DNA of 62,103 nt, filler included. It is 5 parts of 5 records of this genome, joined end to end, with 100 filler letters (N's around TTAATTAATTAA, not from the genome) between each part and the next. Parts side by side here need not be neighbours in the genome. Positions count along the whole stretch, not along the records: positions 7,315 to 31,763 come from DRR723986_18371; positions 31,864 to 44,768 come from DRR723986_18373; 3 more parts are not named here. One strand, written 5' to 3'. Within the stretch, counting starts at the first letter, position 1. Every line of letters begins with the position of its first letter. Position numbers and translations under genes: made by a program. The notes under the pieces were generated by a model that saw only the letters and a program-made list of their open reading frames with translations, ran no database searches and was not told where the DNA came from. This document shows positions 21,418 through 31,864 of the stretch, in pieces.

Positions 21418-22149
21418 TCAGGCAATCGCCAACATCATCTCCTCTCGCATGATGGCGAGTTCAGAAGTGGCGTTTTCAAGTGTCAACTTTCTAGGCTGTA
21501 GAAATGAATAGGTTACTTTAACACCTAAGCGTTTAAGGAATTTGCCTTTGTAATCAATTTTCCCTGTATTTTTAATTGCTATTGGAACGAACAAAGCATT
21601 AGGCATTTCTTTTAACAGTGCTTCAATTCCAGATTTCTTGAAAGGTTTCATGGCGCCATCCATGGTTCTTGTTCCTTCAGGAAAAATACAAACTGAAAAT
21701 TTATTTTTATTTATTCTTTTAGCAAATGCAGCAATTTTCTTAACCGCCTCTTTAGGTTTAGACCGATCAATAGCAACTGAACCTCCAAAATTGATGTTAA
21801 ATGAAACACTAGGAATAAATCTGGCTAATTCTTTTTTTGCAATAAACTTTGGGTGATGTCTTCTGAATTTCCACATTAAGGGTGGAATATCCCACATGGA
21901 TTGATGATTACTCAAGAAAATAATGGGTTGATTACTAGGTAATTTCTTAAATCCTTTGAATTTGAAATTTGCTCCAAGTATGCACAAGGATTTCATCACC
22001 ACCCAATTGAACCAAGATGTCATTCTATCCATACCGTTTCTGCCGAAAACCAGTCTAGATATTACTAAAAGAGGATGAAAAATTAGAAGGATTAGTCCGA
22101 AAATAAGATAGAATAGAGGACTAAGAATGTAGGATAAAATTTTTTTCAC
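21418..22149 (-). CDS. Lysophospholipid acyltransferase (PlsC-like)
   Basis: NHQSMWD (HX4D), FIAKKEL and IFPEGTR motifs. GTG start. Confidence 0.9.
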   Translation of the reverse strand: MKKILSYILSPLFYLIFGLILLIFHPLLVISRLVFGRNGMDRMTSWFNWVVMKSLCILGANFKFKGFKKLPSNQPIIFLSNHQSMWDIPPLMWKFRRHHPKFIAKKELARFIPSVSFNINFGGSVAIDRSKPKEAVKKIAAFAKRINKNKFSVCIFPEGTRTMDGAMKPFKKSGIEALLKEMPNALFVPIAIKNTGKIDYKGKFLKRLGVKVTYSFLQPRKLTLENATSELAIMREEMMLAIA

Positions 22150-22336
22150 AATGCTAAGTTACGCTTATTTGACGCATGAGCCGAATTAATATTTCAATTA
22201 GGATGAATTTTGGCTTAGGGAATGAACGGTATGTTGGAGCCCCTGTCCAATTCACTGAATTGGCAGGGCGACTAGTGAATGCCCGCCCATGACTGAATAA
22301 GTTTAGCGAAAGAAGGAAGGGGAAGCCCCAATTGAA

Positions 22337-23359
22337 CTACAATCTTTCTTTGATCATACTTTCAACCGTATTGATCCAAGTTTCAGAATCATTTAAACTT
22401 TCAACTAGCTGCACTTTTTCACCGCCATGCTCTTCAAAAATCTCTTGATATTCAACTCCGATTTCCACAGAGGTTTCTAAACAATCGGCAATAAAAGCAG
22501 GTGAGAACATGAGTAACTTCTTGGCTCCAGCCTTTGCTTGCTCTTCAACTATTTGATCTGAATATGGCTCTAACCAAGGAGTTTTACCAAGTCTTGATTG
22601 AAATGATACGGTATAATCACTTTCTTTTAGTCCTAATTTAGCTGCTATTAAACGTGTAGTTTCGTAACATTCGTTTTGATAGCACAAGCGATACTCTGGT
22701 TTGTACGCTTTATCACAGTTACAATTCGCACACTCTAACTCAGGATGTACCTTGGTTAGTTGACGCATGGGTAAGCCGTGATAAGAGAAAATAACATGGT
22801 CATAATCGTCTATTTTATGCATGTTCGCTTTTTCAACAAAAGCGTCAATATATCCGGGATGGTCAAAAAATTCAGCAACTATTTTAACCTCAGGTATTGC
22901 CCACCACTTACGCATTAATCTCATGACTTTTTCAACTGCAGAACCAGTTGATGCACTTGCATAATGCGGGAATAGAGGAACCACAATTATTTGATCATAA
23001 CTTGCCTTTTCCATTCGAGATAATACCTCATTCAAAGAGGGGTTTTGATATCTCATGGCCAACTCTACAGTGATGTTTTGGTCTTTTAATTTTTCTTGTA
23101 TTCTCTCTTTAAGGATATTGCCAAAAGTGAGTAGGGGAGATTCCCCGTTCCACATATCCCACAATTCTTTGTATATCTTGGCAGATTTTGGTGCTCTGAA
23201 TGGAACAATGACTCCGTTTACAAGAGCTGTCCTGCCAAAAGCATTAATATCAATGACTCTTGGGTCATTCAAAAATTGAGTTAAATATTTCCTGACGTCC
23301 TTTGTTTTAGGACTATCGGGAGTTCCAAGATTTACGAGAAGTACTCCTGTTTTCTTCAC
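22337..23359 (-). CDS. hemH: Ferrochelatase
   Basis: LLVNLGTP, SPL, MRY, PLFPHY, FSYHGLP, FQSR, WLEP and DCLET motifs. Confidence 0.96.
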   Translation of the reverse strand: MKKTGVLLVNLGTPDSPKTKDVRKYLTQFLNDPRVIDINAFGRTALVNGVIVPFRAPKSAKIYKELWDMWNGESPLLTFGNILKERIQEKLKDQNITVELAMRYQNPSLNEVLSRMEKASYDQIIVVPLFPHYASASTGSAVEKVMRLMRKWWAIPEVKIVAEFFDHPGYIDAFVEKANMHKIDDYDHVIFSYHGLPMRQLTKVHPELECANCNCDKAYKPEYRLCYQNECYETTRLIAAKLGLKESDYTVSFQSRLGKTPWLEPYSDQIVEEQAKAGAKKLLMFSPAFIADCLETSVEIGVEYQEIFEEHGGEKVQLVESLNDSETWINTVESMIKERL

Positions 23360-23373
23360 TTAATGCAGATGTT

Positions 23374-24774
23374 TTAAATGTGCAAGGCCCGGTCAGCGGT
23401 GGCTGCCAAAGCTGCTTCTTTGGTTGCTTCAGTGTAAGTTGGATGTGGATGACAAATTCTAGCCATATCCTCGGCTGTAGCTCTGTATTCCATTGCTGTT
23501 ACCGCTTCCATGATCATATCTGCTGCCCTAGCTGAAACCATATGTACTCCTAAAACTTCATCTGTTTCAGCGTCAGCCAAAATCTTCACTAATCCCATGA
23601 TATCCATAGACGCTCTTGCACGTCCTAAGGCCTTAACAGGAAAAGATCCAACTTTATAATTCACACCAGCTTCTTTAAGTTCTTCTTCAGTTTTACCTAC
23701 TGCAGCAACTTCTGGCCATGTATAAACAACGCCTGGAATAAGGTTATAGTTCAAATGTGGCTTTTCACCTGCCAATAATTCAGCTACGAAAACACCTTCT
23801 TCTTCAGCTTTATGCGCCAACATTGCGCCTCTGACAACATCACCTATCGCGTAAATTCCAGGAACGTTAGTTTGCAAATGATCATCAACTTCAATCATTC
23901 CGCGTTCACCCATTTTTACTCCAGCGTTTTCTAAGCCTAGTCCTTCAGTGAATGGTTTTCTACCTACTGCAACTAAACAATAATCGCCTTCAAACTTAAC
24001 TTCTTCACCTTTTTTATTTAACGCCGTTACAATTACACCTTTCCCAGTGTTTTCAACGTTTTGTACGCGGTGGTTTAAGTTGAATTTGAATCCTTCTTTC
24101 TTCAGTACTTTCGTTAATTCTTTAGATACGGCTCTATCCATAGTTGGGATTATCGCATCAGCGAATTCAACAACATTAACTTTGGCACCTAGTCTTGCAT
24201 GTACCGAACCTAGCTCTAATCCAATAACTCCACCTCCAATTACAATCAGTTCTTTTGCAACTTTATCCAGGTTCAACATCTCTGTAGAAGTGATGATGCG
24301 GTCTTTATCCGGTTCCATTCCTGGAAAATAATTAGGTTTAGAACCTGTAGCAATAATAGTATTCTTGGTTGTAAGGGTTGTTTCTTTTCCTTCAGAATCA
24401 GTTACTTTAATAGTATTTTTATCTACAAAAGATCCAACTCCGGTGTGAACTTCAACTTTGTTTTTGTCCATCAAGAATTTAACACCATCACAAGTTTGGG
24501 ATACAACGCTGTTTTTGCGCTCAATCATTTGTTTCATGTTCACCTTCACCGAAGGAATATCAATTCCATGTTTTTCAAAATCATGAACGGCAGTGTGAAA
24601 ATGTTCAGAAGAATCAAGCAATGCTTTTGAAGGGATACATCCCACATTTAAGCAAGTTCCTCCCAGTGTATTATATTTTTCAATGATAGCAGTTTTAAAT
24701 CCTAACTGGGCACATCTTATTGCGGCAACATATCCGCCAGGTCCCGATCCGATTATAACAACGTCATAGTTCAT
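23374..24774 (-). CDS. lpdA: Dihydrolipoyl dehydrogenase
   Basis: GSGPGG, GGTCLNVGCIPSK, GGGVIG, LAHKAEEEG and HPHPT..E motifs. Start set at ATG 24774. Confidence 0.97.
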   Translation of the reverse strand: MNYDVVIIGSGPGGYVAAIRCAQLGFKTAIIEKYNTLGGTCLNVGCIPSKALLDSSEHFHTAVHDFEKHGIDIPSVKVNMKQMIERKNSVVSQTCDGVKFLMDKNKVEVHTGVGSFVDKNTIKVTDSEGKETTLTTKNTIIATGSKPNYFPGMEPDKDRIITSTEMLNLDKVAKELIVIGGGVIGLELGSVHARLGAKVNVVEFADAIIPTMDRAVSKELTKVLKKEGFKFNLNHRVQNVENTGKGVIVTALNKKGEEVKFEGDYCLVAVGRKPFTEGLGLENAGVKMGERGMIEVDDHLQTNVPGIYAIGDVVRGAMLAHKAEEEGVFVAELLAGEKPHLNYNLIPGVVYTWPEVAAVGKTEEELKEAGVNYKVGSFPVKALGRARASMDIMGLVKILADAETDEVLGVHMVSARAADMIMEAVTAMEYRATAEDMARICHPHPTYTEATKEAALAATADRALHI

Positions 24775-24802
24775 AGTCAAAGTTTTTGTTTAGCTAAACT
24801 AG

Positions 24803-25333
24803 TTATTTTTTTATAGTCAATGATTGCATCATTTCATGAGCAATTTTTTTCCAAGGTTTGTGTTTCTTTTTTGGCGCATGAAAAGTACATGATAACAACT
24901 GTCCTTTAAAAGATGCGAAGAAAAGTAGCTCATAAAACTTGGTAGGTTTTTTATTGATATACTCAATAAAACCAACTTTATGGCCATTTATAATTTGAAC
25001 TCCCTGATCTTTCCATTTCGCTTTTGGATGTAGTTTTTTAAGTAATTGCTCAAATCTAATGGTCAATGCTGGTATTCCCGCTTCCTTACTTGAAATAGAT
25101 TGTGCACCAAAACCAATTCTAATGGTCCTCTCGATATTCGAGTAGGCGATTTTAGGTTGTGCTTCTGCATGATATACTTTTTTCATCCTTCCTTCATCCA
25201 TCAATTCAAATGAGGCAGGAACCTTAATTGTGATTTGCTTATTGAATAAATCAATTGTTCCCATTTTGATTTCAGGCTTTTTACCTGAAGTCAATAGAAT
25301 GAACAATGAAAAAAGTACAAGGATCTGTTTCAT
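24803..25333 (-). CDS. Hypothetical exported protein
   Basis: 176-aa ORF with an N-terminal signal, in an operon-like arrangement after valS. Confidence 0.7.
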   Translation of the reverse strand: MKQILVLFSLFILLTSGKKPEIKMGTIDLFNKQITIKVPASFELMDEGRMKKVYHAEAQPKIAYSNIERTIRIGFGAQSISSKEAGIPALTIRFEQLLKKLHPKAKWKDQGVQIINGHKVGFIEYINKKPTKFYELLFFASFKGQLLSCTFHAPKKKHKPWKKIAHEMMQSLTIKK

Positions 25334-25337
25334 GCTT

Positions 25338-27965
25338 TTAGTTTAATTCTGCTAATTTTTCTTCGAGAATTTTAATTTTACTTAAAGCATCTGCTTCCTT
25401 TTTTCTCTCAGCTGCTACTACTTGTTCAGGCGCTCCTGCCACGAATTTTTCATTCCCTAATTTTTTTCTAACAATGTTCAATGATCCTTTAGCGTATTCA
25501 AGTTCTGATTCAATTTTCTCTTTTTCAGCCTCAACATCAATGTCATCACTGAAAGGAATAAAGAATTCATTATTGTTAACAATAAACGAAAATGAGTTTC
25601 CTAACTTTTCTTCAACATAATCTAACTGATCTAGGTTTCCTAATTTTACAATTACCGGATCAAAAGATTTGCTGTGGCTATCATTTAATTTAACCGATAG
25701 ACTAATTTTCACTTTATTGGCAATATTGTTTTGTTTTCGGATGTTTCGAATGTTCGAAATGATGTTCGAAGCAGTTTCAAATTCATTTAATATCTCCGAA
25801 TTTATCACCGCCTTTGCAGGCCATTCTGCTACAATTATGTCTTCACCTTCTTTCCGGTCTCTTAGCCAATGCCAGATTTCTTCTGTCACAAACGGCGTGA
25901 ATGGATGCATTAACTTTAGTACTTTTTCAAAAAAGTCTTTGGTTTGATCCAAAGTTGCCGAATCTATTGGTTGCTGATACCCCGGCTTGATCATCTCTAA
26001 ATACCATGAACAAAAGTCATCCCACACCAATTTATAAGTAGTCATTAGGGCATCAGATAATCTGAATTTATCAAACGAATCGTCTATTTGTTCAATAGCT
26101 TGATTCAATTTATTTTCAAACCATTCAATTGCGATTTTGTTTTCTTTCGGTTGCGGGATATCTTTTTCTTCCCACATGTTCACTAGCCTAAAGGCATTCC
26201 AAACTTTATTAGAAAAATTTCTTCCTTGTTCACATTGTGAACTATCAAATGGTAAATCGTTTCCTGCTGGAGATGATATTAATACACCAACTCTAACACC
26301 GTCCGCTCCATATTCACTCATCAGTTCAATCGGGTCTGGCGAATTCCCTAAAGATTTCGACATTTTTCTACCCAACTTGTCTCTCACAATACCTGTGTAA
26401 TAAACATTCTTAAAAGGTATTTCATCCAGATATTCTATTCCTGCAATAATCATTCTAGCAACCCAGAAAAACATAATTTCTGGTGCGGTTACTAAATCAT
26501 TGGTTGGATAATAGTACTTAATATCTTCGTTTCCGGGATTTTTCAATCCTTTAAATACGGAAATTGGCCATAGCCATGAAGAAAACCATGTATCAAGTAC
26601 ATCTTCGTCCTGTTTTAAATCTTCGATTTTTATAGACTTTCCAGATTTTTCAATTGCTTTTGCTTGCGCTTCTTCAATTGTTTTGGCAACAACGAAATCA
26701 TTTTCTCCTTTGCCGTAATACCAAGCTGGAATTTGATGCCCCCACCACAATTGTCTAGAAATACACCAATCTTTAATGTTTTCCATCCAATGACGATAGG
26801 TGTTTTTCATATTATCTGGATGAAACTTAATGTCACCATGCATTACAGCGTCTAACGCTGGTTTTGAAAGTTGTTTCATATCCACAAACCACTGTAATGA
26901 AAGCTTTGGTTCAATAACCGCGTTAGTTCTTTCTGAATATCCAACCTTATTAATATGGTCTTCTATTTTGACCATGTATCCTGCTTCATCTAGTTCCTTT
27001 GCTATTTCTTTTCTTACGGTGAATCTATCTTTTCCTTCGTAGTGAAGTCCATGTTCGTTTAACGATCCATCATCATTTAAAATATCTAAAGTTTCTAACT
27101 GATGTTTTTTACCTAGATTATAGTCATTTTCATCATGTGCAGGAGTAACTTTTAGACATCCAGTACCAAATTCCATTTCCACATATTCGTCCTGAATGAT
27201 AGGAATTGATCTATTCGCTATCGGGACAATTGCGCGCTTGTCTTTTAAATTCGCATATCTCGCATCATTTGGATTTACGCAAATTGCGGTATCTCCGAGA
27301 ATAGTTTCTGGTCGGGTAGTGGCTATTGTTAACCATTCATCATCAGTTCCTTCAATTTTATATCTAACATGATATAGTTTAGAATTGACCTCTTTATGAA
27401 GTACTTCTTCATCAGACAAAGCCGTTTGGGCAGCAGGATCCCAATTTATCATTCTAACTCCACGATAAATTTTTCCTTTCGCATACAAGTCAATAAAAGT
27501 ATTGATAACGCTCTCTGAATAATCCGGATTCATTGTGAAATCCGTTCTGTTCCAATCACAAGAGGCTCCCAATTTTTTCAATTGTTCCAGAATTACTCCT
27601 CCGTATTTGTCCTTCCAGTCCATGGCATGGCCTAAAAATTCTGCTCTTGATAAATCAGATTTTTTAATGCCTTCTTCTCGTAATTTTTGAACCACTTTCG
27701 CCTCAGTGGCAATACTTGCATGATCTGTTCCTGGCACCCAGCATGCATTTTTACCTTGCATTCTAGCCCTTCTTACTAAAACATCTTGAATCGTATTGTT
27801 GAGCATGTGTCCCATATGAAGCACTCCAGTCACGTTTGGTGGTGGAATTACGACAGTGTAAGGCTCTCTATCATCAGGAGTTGAGTGAAAATATCCTTGG
27901 TTTGACCAATGGCTGTACCATTTATCTTCGGATTTACTTGGGTCGTATTTACTTGGGATGTCCAT
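25338..27965 (-). CDS. valS: Valine--tRNA ligase
   Basis: [13 protein letters not shown] (HIGH), [17 protein letters not shown] and a C-terminal coiled coil. Confidence 0.98.
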   Translation of the reverse strand: MDIPSKYDPSKSEDKWYSHWSNQGYFHSTPDDREPYTVVIPPPNVTGVLHMGHMLNNTIQDVLVRRARMQGKNACWVPGTDHASIATEAKVVQKLREEGIKKSDLSRAEFLGHAMDWKDKYGGVILEQLKKLGASCDWNRTDFTMNPDYSESVINTFIDLYAKGKIYRGVRMINWDPAAQTALSDEEVLHKEVNSKLYHVRYKIEGTDDEWLTIATTRPETILGDTAICVNPNDARYANLKDKRAIVPIANRSIPIIQDEYVEMEFGTGCLKVTPAHDENDYNLGKKHQLETLDILNDDGSLNEHGLHYEGKDRFTVRKEIAKELDEAGYMVKIEDHINKVGYSERTNAVIEPKLSLQWFVDMKQLSKPALDAVMHGDIKFHPDNMKNTYRHWMENIKDWCISRQLWWGHQIPAWYYGKGENDFVVAKTIEEAQAKAIEKSGKSIKIEDLKQDEDVLDTWFSSWLWPISVFKGLKNPGNEDIKYYYPTNDLVTAPEIMFFWVARMIIAGIEYLDEIPFKNVYYTGIVRDKLGRKMSKSLGNSPDPIELMSEYGADGVRVGVLISSPAGNDLPFDSSQCEQGRNFSNKVWNAFRLVNMWEEKDIPQPKENKIAIEWFENKLNQAIEQIDDSFDKFRLSDALMTTYKLVWDDFCSWYLEMIKPGYQQPIDSATLDQTKDFFEKVLKLMHPFTPFVTEEIWHWLRDRKEGEDIIVAEWPAKAVINSEILNEFETASNIISNIRNIRKQNNIANKVKISLSVKLNDSHSKSFDPVIVKLGNLDQLDYVEEKLGNSFSFIVNNNEFFIPFSDDIDVEAEKEKIESELEYAKGSLNIVRKKLGNEKFVAGAPEQVVAAERKKEADALSKIKILEEKLAELN

Positions 27966-28061
27966 TTTTGTTCCAATAATTTAAGGACAGCAAAGTTAAT
28001 TAATTAGAAAAGAAGGAGGGGCATTGATTTGGTAAAATATATAATCCCAATTCAAGGGTTG

Positions 28062-29165
28062 CTAATGAAGTTGCTTTTTGAGAGCTATAGCATCTTTAGA
28101 ATAAAATTGTCCCTTGATGATGATGGCATCTAAAAGTTCCACCGCCTCATTAGTTCTTCCCAGTTTGATGAGTGTTTTAGATTTATACCATTCAGTTTCT
28201 TCTCGAAAAGCTATGAAATCAGCCGAATGTTCAGATGCTAAGGTTAAATTAAAAAATTCAAGTGCCTTTTCATACTGACTTAAATTAAAATAACAATGGC
28301 CACCATAGAAAAGCGCATTTAAGTCTTTAGGATATTGCTCCAATATTGTTAAATACCTGTTTAATGACTTTTTAAAGTCATTTCGTGAGAATAGTTTCAT
28401 TGTTTTACTCAAATAATCAAAGTATGGAATTTCAACTTCCTTTTCTATTAGATCAGTTCTTGATTTTGTATCCTCACTTTCAAAGTCGGCTGTTAATCCG
28501 GTTAATTCAAATCTCGTGTATTTAATGTTGGAGTTTTCTCTTTGGATTTCTCTGTAATCAACTGTATATAAGTTTTCAATATAGGTGAACGGGGCAAGTT
28601 TGACTTTTCTAATACCATTACTCTCTTCAATAATTTCTAAATCTGGATTGTGATGAACAGGTTCAACATTATAGATGAATTCAATATTTTTAGAACTATC
28701 CTGATCTTGGATAACGTTTTCCTGAATAATTTGTTTAGTAGTCGATAATTCAATTGGACTTGTTTGATCTTCTTGATTGGCATAAATGAGGGTGTCAATA
28801 TTATCTCTTACAATCTCTACTTCAAAATTGGAATCATTGCTTGATTCTTCAATAGTTACGGTGTCTGAATTGTCTTTCCCATTCTCATTAATTATTACAG
28901 CTGTAATATAACCTACAGCTGCAACTGCGATAATTGCTAATGTTCTTGAACCAAAAAATGATTTATTCGCTTGTTTTTGATTTTTTATATGTTTACTTAA
29001 ATCTTTCAAAGCTTCAGGGTGACTTTCATACCCTTCCATAGCATCTTTGAGGAAAGGATCATCCTGTGCTCTTTTTTCAAGTGCATTCATTTTTGAGGAT
29101 GACATCCGTCCAGAAAAATAATTTTCTAGCTCAACTATATCGATATTTTCTAAATGCTTCTTCAT
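28062..29165 (-). CDS. Putative anti-sigma factor: cytoplasmic N-terminal domain, one TM, periplasmic TPR
   Basis: Overlaps the ECF stop (ATGA). N-terminal LE.Y..G.M...DDPFL.DAMEGY, a TM helix, and C-terminal TPR-like helices (ALFYGGHCYF...YEKALEFF). Confidence 0.7.
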   Translation of the reverse strand: MKKHLENIDIVELENYFSGRMSSSKMNALEKRAQDDPFLKDAMEGYESHPEALKDLSKHIKNQKQANKSFFGSRTLAIIAVAAVGYITAVIINENGKDNSDTVTIEESSNDSNFEVEIVRDNIDTLIYANQEDQTSPIELSTTKQIIQENVIQDQDSSKNIEFIYNVEPVHHNPDLEIIEESNGIRKVKLAPFTYIENLYTVDYREIQRENSNIKYTRFELTGLTADFESEDTKSRTDLIEKEVEIPYFDYLSKTMKLFSRNDFKKSLNRYLTILEQYPKDLNALFYGGHCYFNLSQYEKALEFFNLTLASEHSADFIAFREETEWYKSKTLIKLGRTNEAVELLDAIIIKGQFYSKDAIALKKQLH

Positions 29166-29737
29166 TTAGGTCCTTCCATATAAATTTTTAGATTTCGCTT
29201 TCCATTTTGGATAAGGCTTTTTACTTTTTTTAAATCATATTTTGTTTCAGCCGAAATCGTTTTATAATCCATGTTTTTTAAATAAAATAACTCAATACAC
29301 GTTTTCTGATCATCTTTCAATTTTAAGATAGACTTCTCTAGAAGCTGAATCTTGCCCTCTTTTTTTAAAATTTCTTCTAATTCATATTCTGCTAGATCTG
29401 AATTCTTTTCTAATGTTTTTTCTATATCTACACTTTCTACCTTTTTCTTTCTGAGATTCATGAGACATTCGTTGCGAGAAACACTATAAAGCCAGTTTTT
29501 AAAGTTTTGGATTTCAGATTTATTGATTTTATCAGGTAGCTTAGAAAATATATCCATTAACATATCCTCAGCTTCCTCTTTGTTTTTCAAATACTTCAAA
29601 CACAATCCAAAAACAAGAGGAGAATACCTGATAAATAATTCGCCTTCTGCCTTTCTGTTTCCAGAAACAACAAGAGAAATTAAATCAACATCTGGTAGTT
29701 GTTTTATATTATTTCTACTGAAAAGCCCGAATAGCAT
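29162..29737 (-). CDS. ECF RNA polymerase sigma-70 factor
   Basis: Region 2 (AEDMLMDIF, FKNWLYSVSRNEC) and region 4 (CIELFY...VKSLIQNGKRNLK). Confidence 0.92.
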   Translation of the reverse strand: MLFGLFSRNNIKQLPDVDLISLVVSGNRKAEGELFIRYSPLVFGLCLKYLKNKEEAEDMLMDIFSKLPDKINKSEIQNFKNWLYSVSRNECLMNLRKKKVESVDIEKTLEKNSDLAEYELEEILKKEGKIQLLEKSILKLKDDQKTCIELFYLKNMDYKTISAETKYDLKKVKSLIQNGKRNLKIYMEGPK

Positions 29738-29816
29738 AAATTAAGTATACATATACAATATCAAGTTTAGTGGTTAACTAATTACTTGATGCAGTTCTTT
29801 TAAAGAATCCATAAAA

Positions 29817-30662
29817 TTATTTCCACAATATTCTTAACGTGATATCATGTTCAAGTCGAAATTGAGGTTTTATATAATTTGAACCTAAATTTTCTATACC
29901 CTGTTTAGTGACGAAGTATTCAGATCTCTGAATATAGGGTTGATACATTAGTTGACAAACAATTTTCTCATTTACGCGATATTCTAGGCCGGCATTTACT
30001 CCAAATCCAAAACCAGATCCTGATGTTCTAGTTGAAAAATTATTATTCGGATTATGAACAGAATGAAGTGGCATAATATACTCATTGAAAATGGCCAAAT
30101 GTTCATCAACTCGCCACGCCGAGAATATTCCACTTAATCCAAATATGTAATTGATTTTCTCACCTGTCGAAACATAATCGAAATTAAGCCTCCCGTTAAA
30201 TCTGCTTTCCTCGCCATAAAGCTGACCGGTTTGATATTGTTCTTGGCTAGTTGTATTACTTGCATCTAAAACTTCAATAGTAAAGAAGTTTTTTATTTTC
30301 AGTTTTGAAAAGTCTGCGTCAATCCCTAATTGGAGATTAGGGCTTAATTTATATCCCATTGTAACTCCGGTAATAATACCAGGACTATATCGAATGTTTT
30401 GCGGATACGCGTCAAAAGGCACTTGAAAATTATTATCCCCCAGCATCTGATAGATTGTATTGTAATTATTTTGCTGCATGAGAGTATTCTCTAAATGACC
30501 CGTAGATCCAGAACTCGGGTATATCCCGTTATAACGAACAGCATAATTTTTATTCGCAAATTTTACCCCTACATTTACACCAAAAAAGAATCTTTGTTCA
30601 TCTTGTGAGAAGATATTGAGAGAAAAGCAAAGAGTTATTAATAAAACGAAACTTTTTATCAT
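29817..30662 (-). CDS. Hypothetical outer-membrane beta-barrel-like protein
   Basis: Signal peptide MIKSFVLLITLCFSLNIFSQ, amphipathic strands (GFGFGVNAGLEYR), and an aromatic residue near the C-terminus. Confidence 0.7.
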   Translation of the reverse strand: MIKSFVLLITLCFSLNIFSQDEQRFFFGVNVGVKFANKNYAVRYNGIYPSSGSTGHLENTLMQQNNYNTIYQMLGDNNFQVPFDAYPQNIRYSPGIITGVTMGYKLSPNLQLGIDADFSKLKIKNFFTIEVLDASNTTSQEQYQTGQLYGEESRFNGRLNFDYVSTGEKINYIFGLSGIFSAWRVDEHLAIFNEYIMPLHSVHNPNNNFSTRTSGSGFGFGVNAGLEYRVNEKIVCQLMYQPYIQRSEYFVTKQGIENLGSNYIKPQFRLEHDITLRILWK

Positions 30663-31641
30663 GTCAACAAAAATACAAAATATTGCGCTATTGACATCAG
30701 GTGGAGATGCTCCAGGAATGAATGCTTGTATCCGTGCTGTGGTTAGGACATGTTTATATCATAAAATAACTCCATTTGGTGTTTCTGACGGATTTAATGG
30801 ACTGATAAATAATTCTATTAAAGAATTAAAGTATAAGGACGTATCAAATATTTTACAATCAGGAGGTACTATTCTTGGAACAGACCGTTGCAAAGAATTT
30901 CATCAGTTTCAGTTTCGAGATATTGCAATGAATAATTTGAAATCAAAGAGAATTGATGCTCTAATAACAATTGGTGGAGATGGAACATTTAATGGTGCCT
31001 CAATTTTTTCTAAAGAGTTTGATATTCCGATAATAGGAATTCCAGCAACCATTGACAATGATATTAATGGTACTGAGTATACTTTGGGATTTGACACTGC
31101 TCTTAATACAACGGTGAGCGCGCTGGATAATATTAGAGATACAGCAAGTTCACATCACAGGATATTTCTAGTTGAAGTAATGGGTAACAATTCTGGCCAA
31201 TTGGCACTGTATGCGGCTGTAGCGAGCGGTGCTAGAGAAGTGTTCCTTCCTGAGAAAAAAGAAGACCTGGAAGAGATAAAAGAAAAAATTACTCAAGCTA
31301 TAAAAATGAATAGATCCTCTATGATTGTTGTTTCTGAAGGAGAGATCGGAGGAGCTCAAGGGGTTAAGAATTATTTAAAGAGTCACGGTTTGGATGAAAA
31401 GATTAGGGTTTCCATTCTAGGTCATATTCAAAGAGGTGGACGACCAAGTTTTCAAGATAGATTAAATGCAGCTCTTTTTGGTGAAGCGGCAGTCGTTTCT
31501 TTGATTAAAGGAAAAACTAATTTAATGACTTGTATAAGTGATGGTAAATTACAATTGAAAGATTTGAAAATTTCTCAAGTTCCGTCCGAAGTGATGAATA
31601 TGGATTACCTGAAACTCATTAGAAAACTGTCAGTTTATTAA
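30661..31641 (+). CDS. pfkA: ATP-dependent 6-phosphofructokinase
   Basis: LTSGGDAPGMN, GGDG, TIDND, GFDTA and GHIQRGG motifs. Start ATG 30661. Confidence 0.93.
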   Translation: MSTKIQNIALLTSGGDAPGMNACIRAVVRTCLYHKITPFGVSDGFNGLINNSIKELKYKDVSNILQSGGTILGTDRCKEFHQFQFRDIAMNNLKSKRIDALITIGGDGTFNGASIFSKEFDIPIIGIPATIDNDINGTEYTLGFDTALNTTVSALDNIRDTASSHHRIFLVEVMGNNSGQLALYAAVASGAREVFLPEKKEDLEEIKEKITQAIKMNRSSMIVVSEGEIGGAQGVKNYLKSHGLDEKIRVSILGHIQRGGRPSFQDRLNAALFGEAAVVSLIKGKTNLMTCISDGKLQLKDLKISQVPSEVMNMDYLKLIRKLSVY

Positions 31642-31763
31642 GTTTCGTTCTTTTTGATAAAATTATTTTTAAACCTTAATCATTGGTCCTCAAAGGTTTT
31701 AGTTAAAATCAAAAAATAATTTAATTTTTTTTACAGAAGTTTGGTGTTTATATAAAAAAGGCG

Positions 31764-31863
31764 NNNNNNNNNNNNNNNNNNNNNNNNNNNNNNNNNNNNN
31801 NNNNNNNTTAATTAATTAANNNNNNNNNNNNNNNNNNNNNNNNNNNNNNNNNNNNNNNNNNNN
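31764..31863. other. Artificial contig linker
   Basis: N44-TTAATTAATTAA-N44. Confidence 0.99.
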
Positions 31864-31864
31864 T

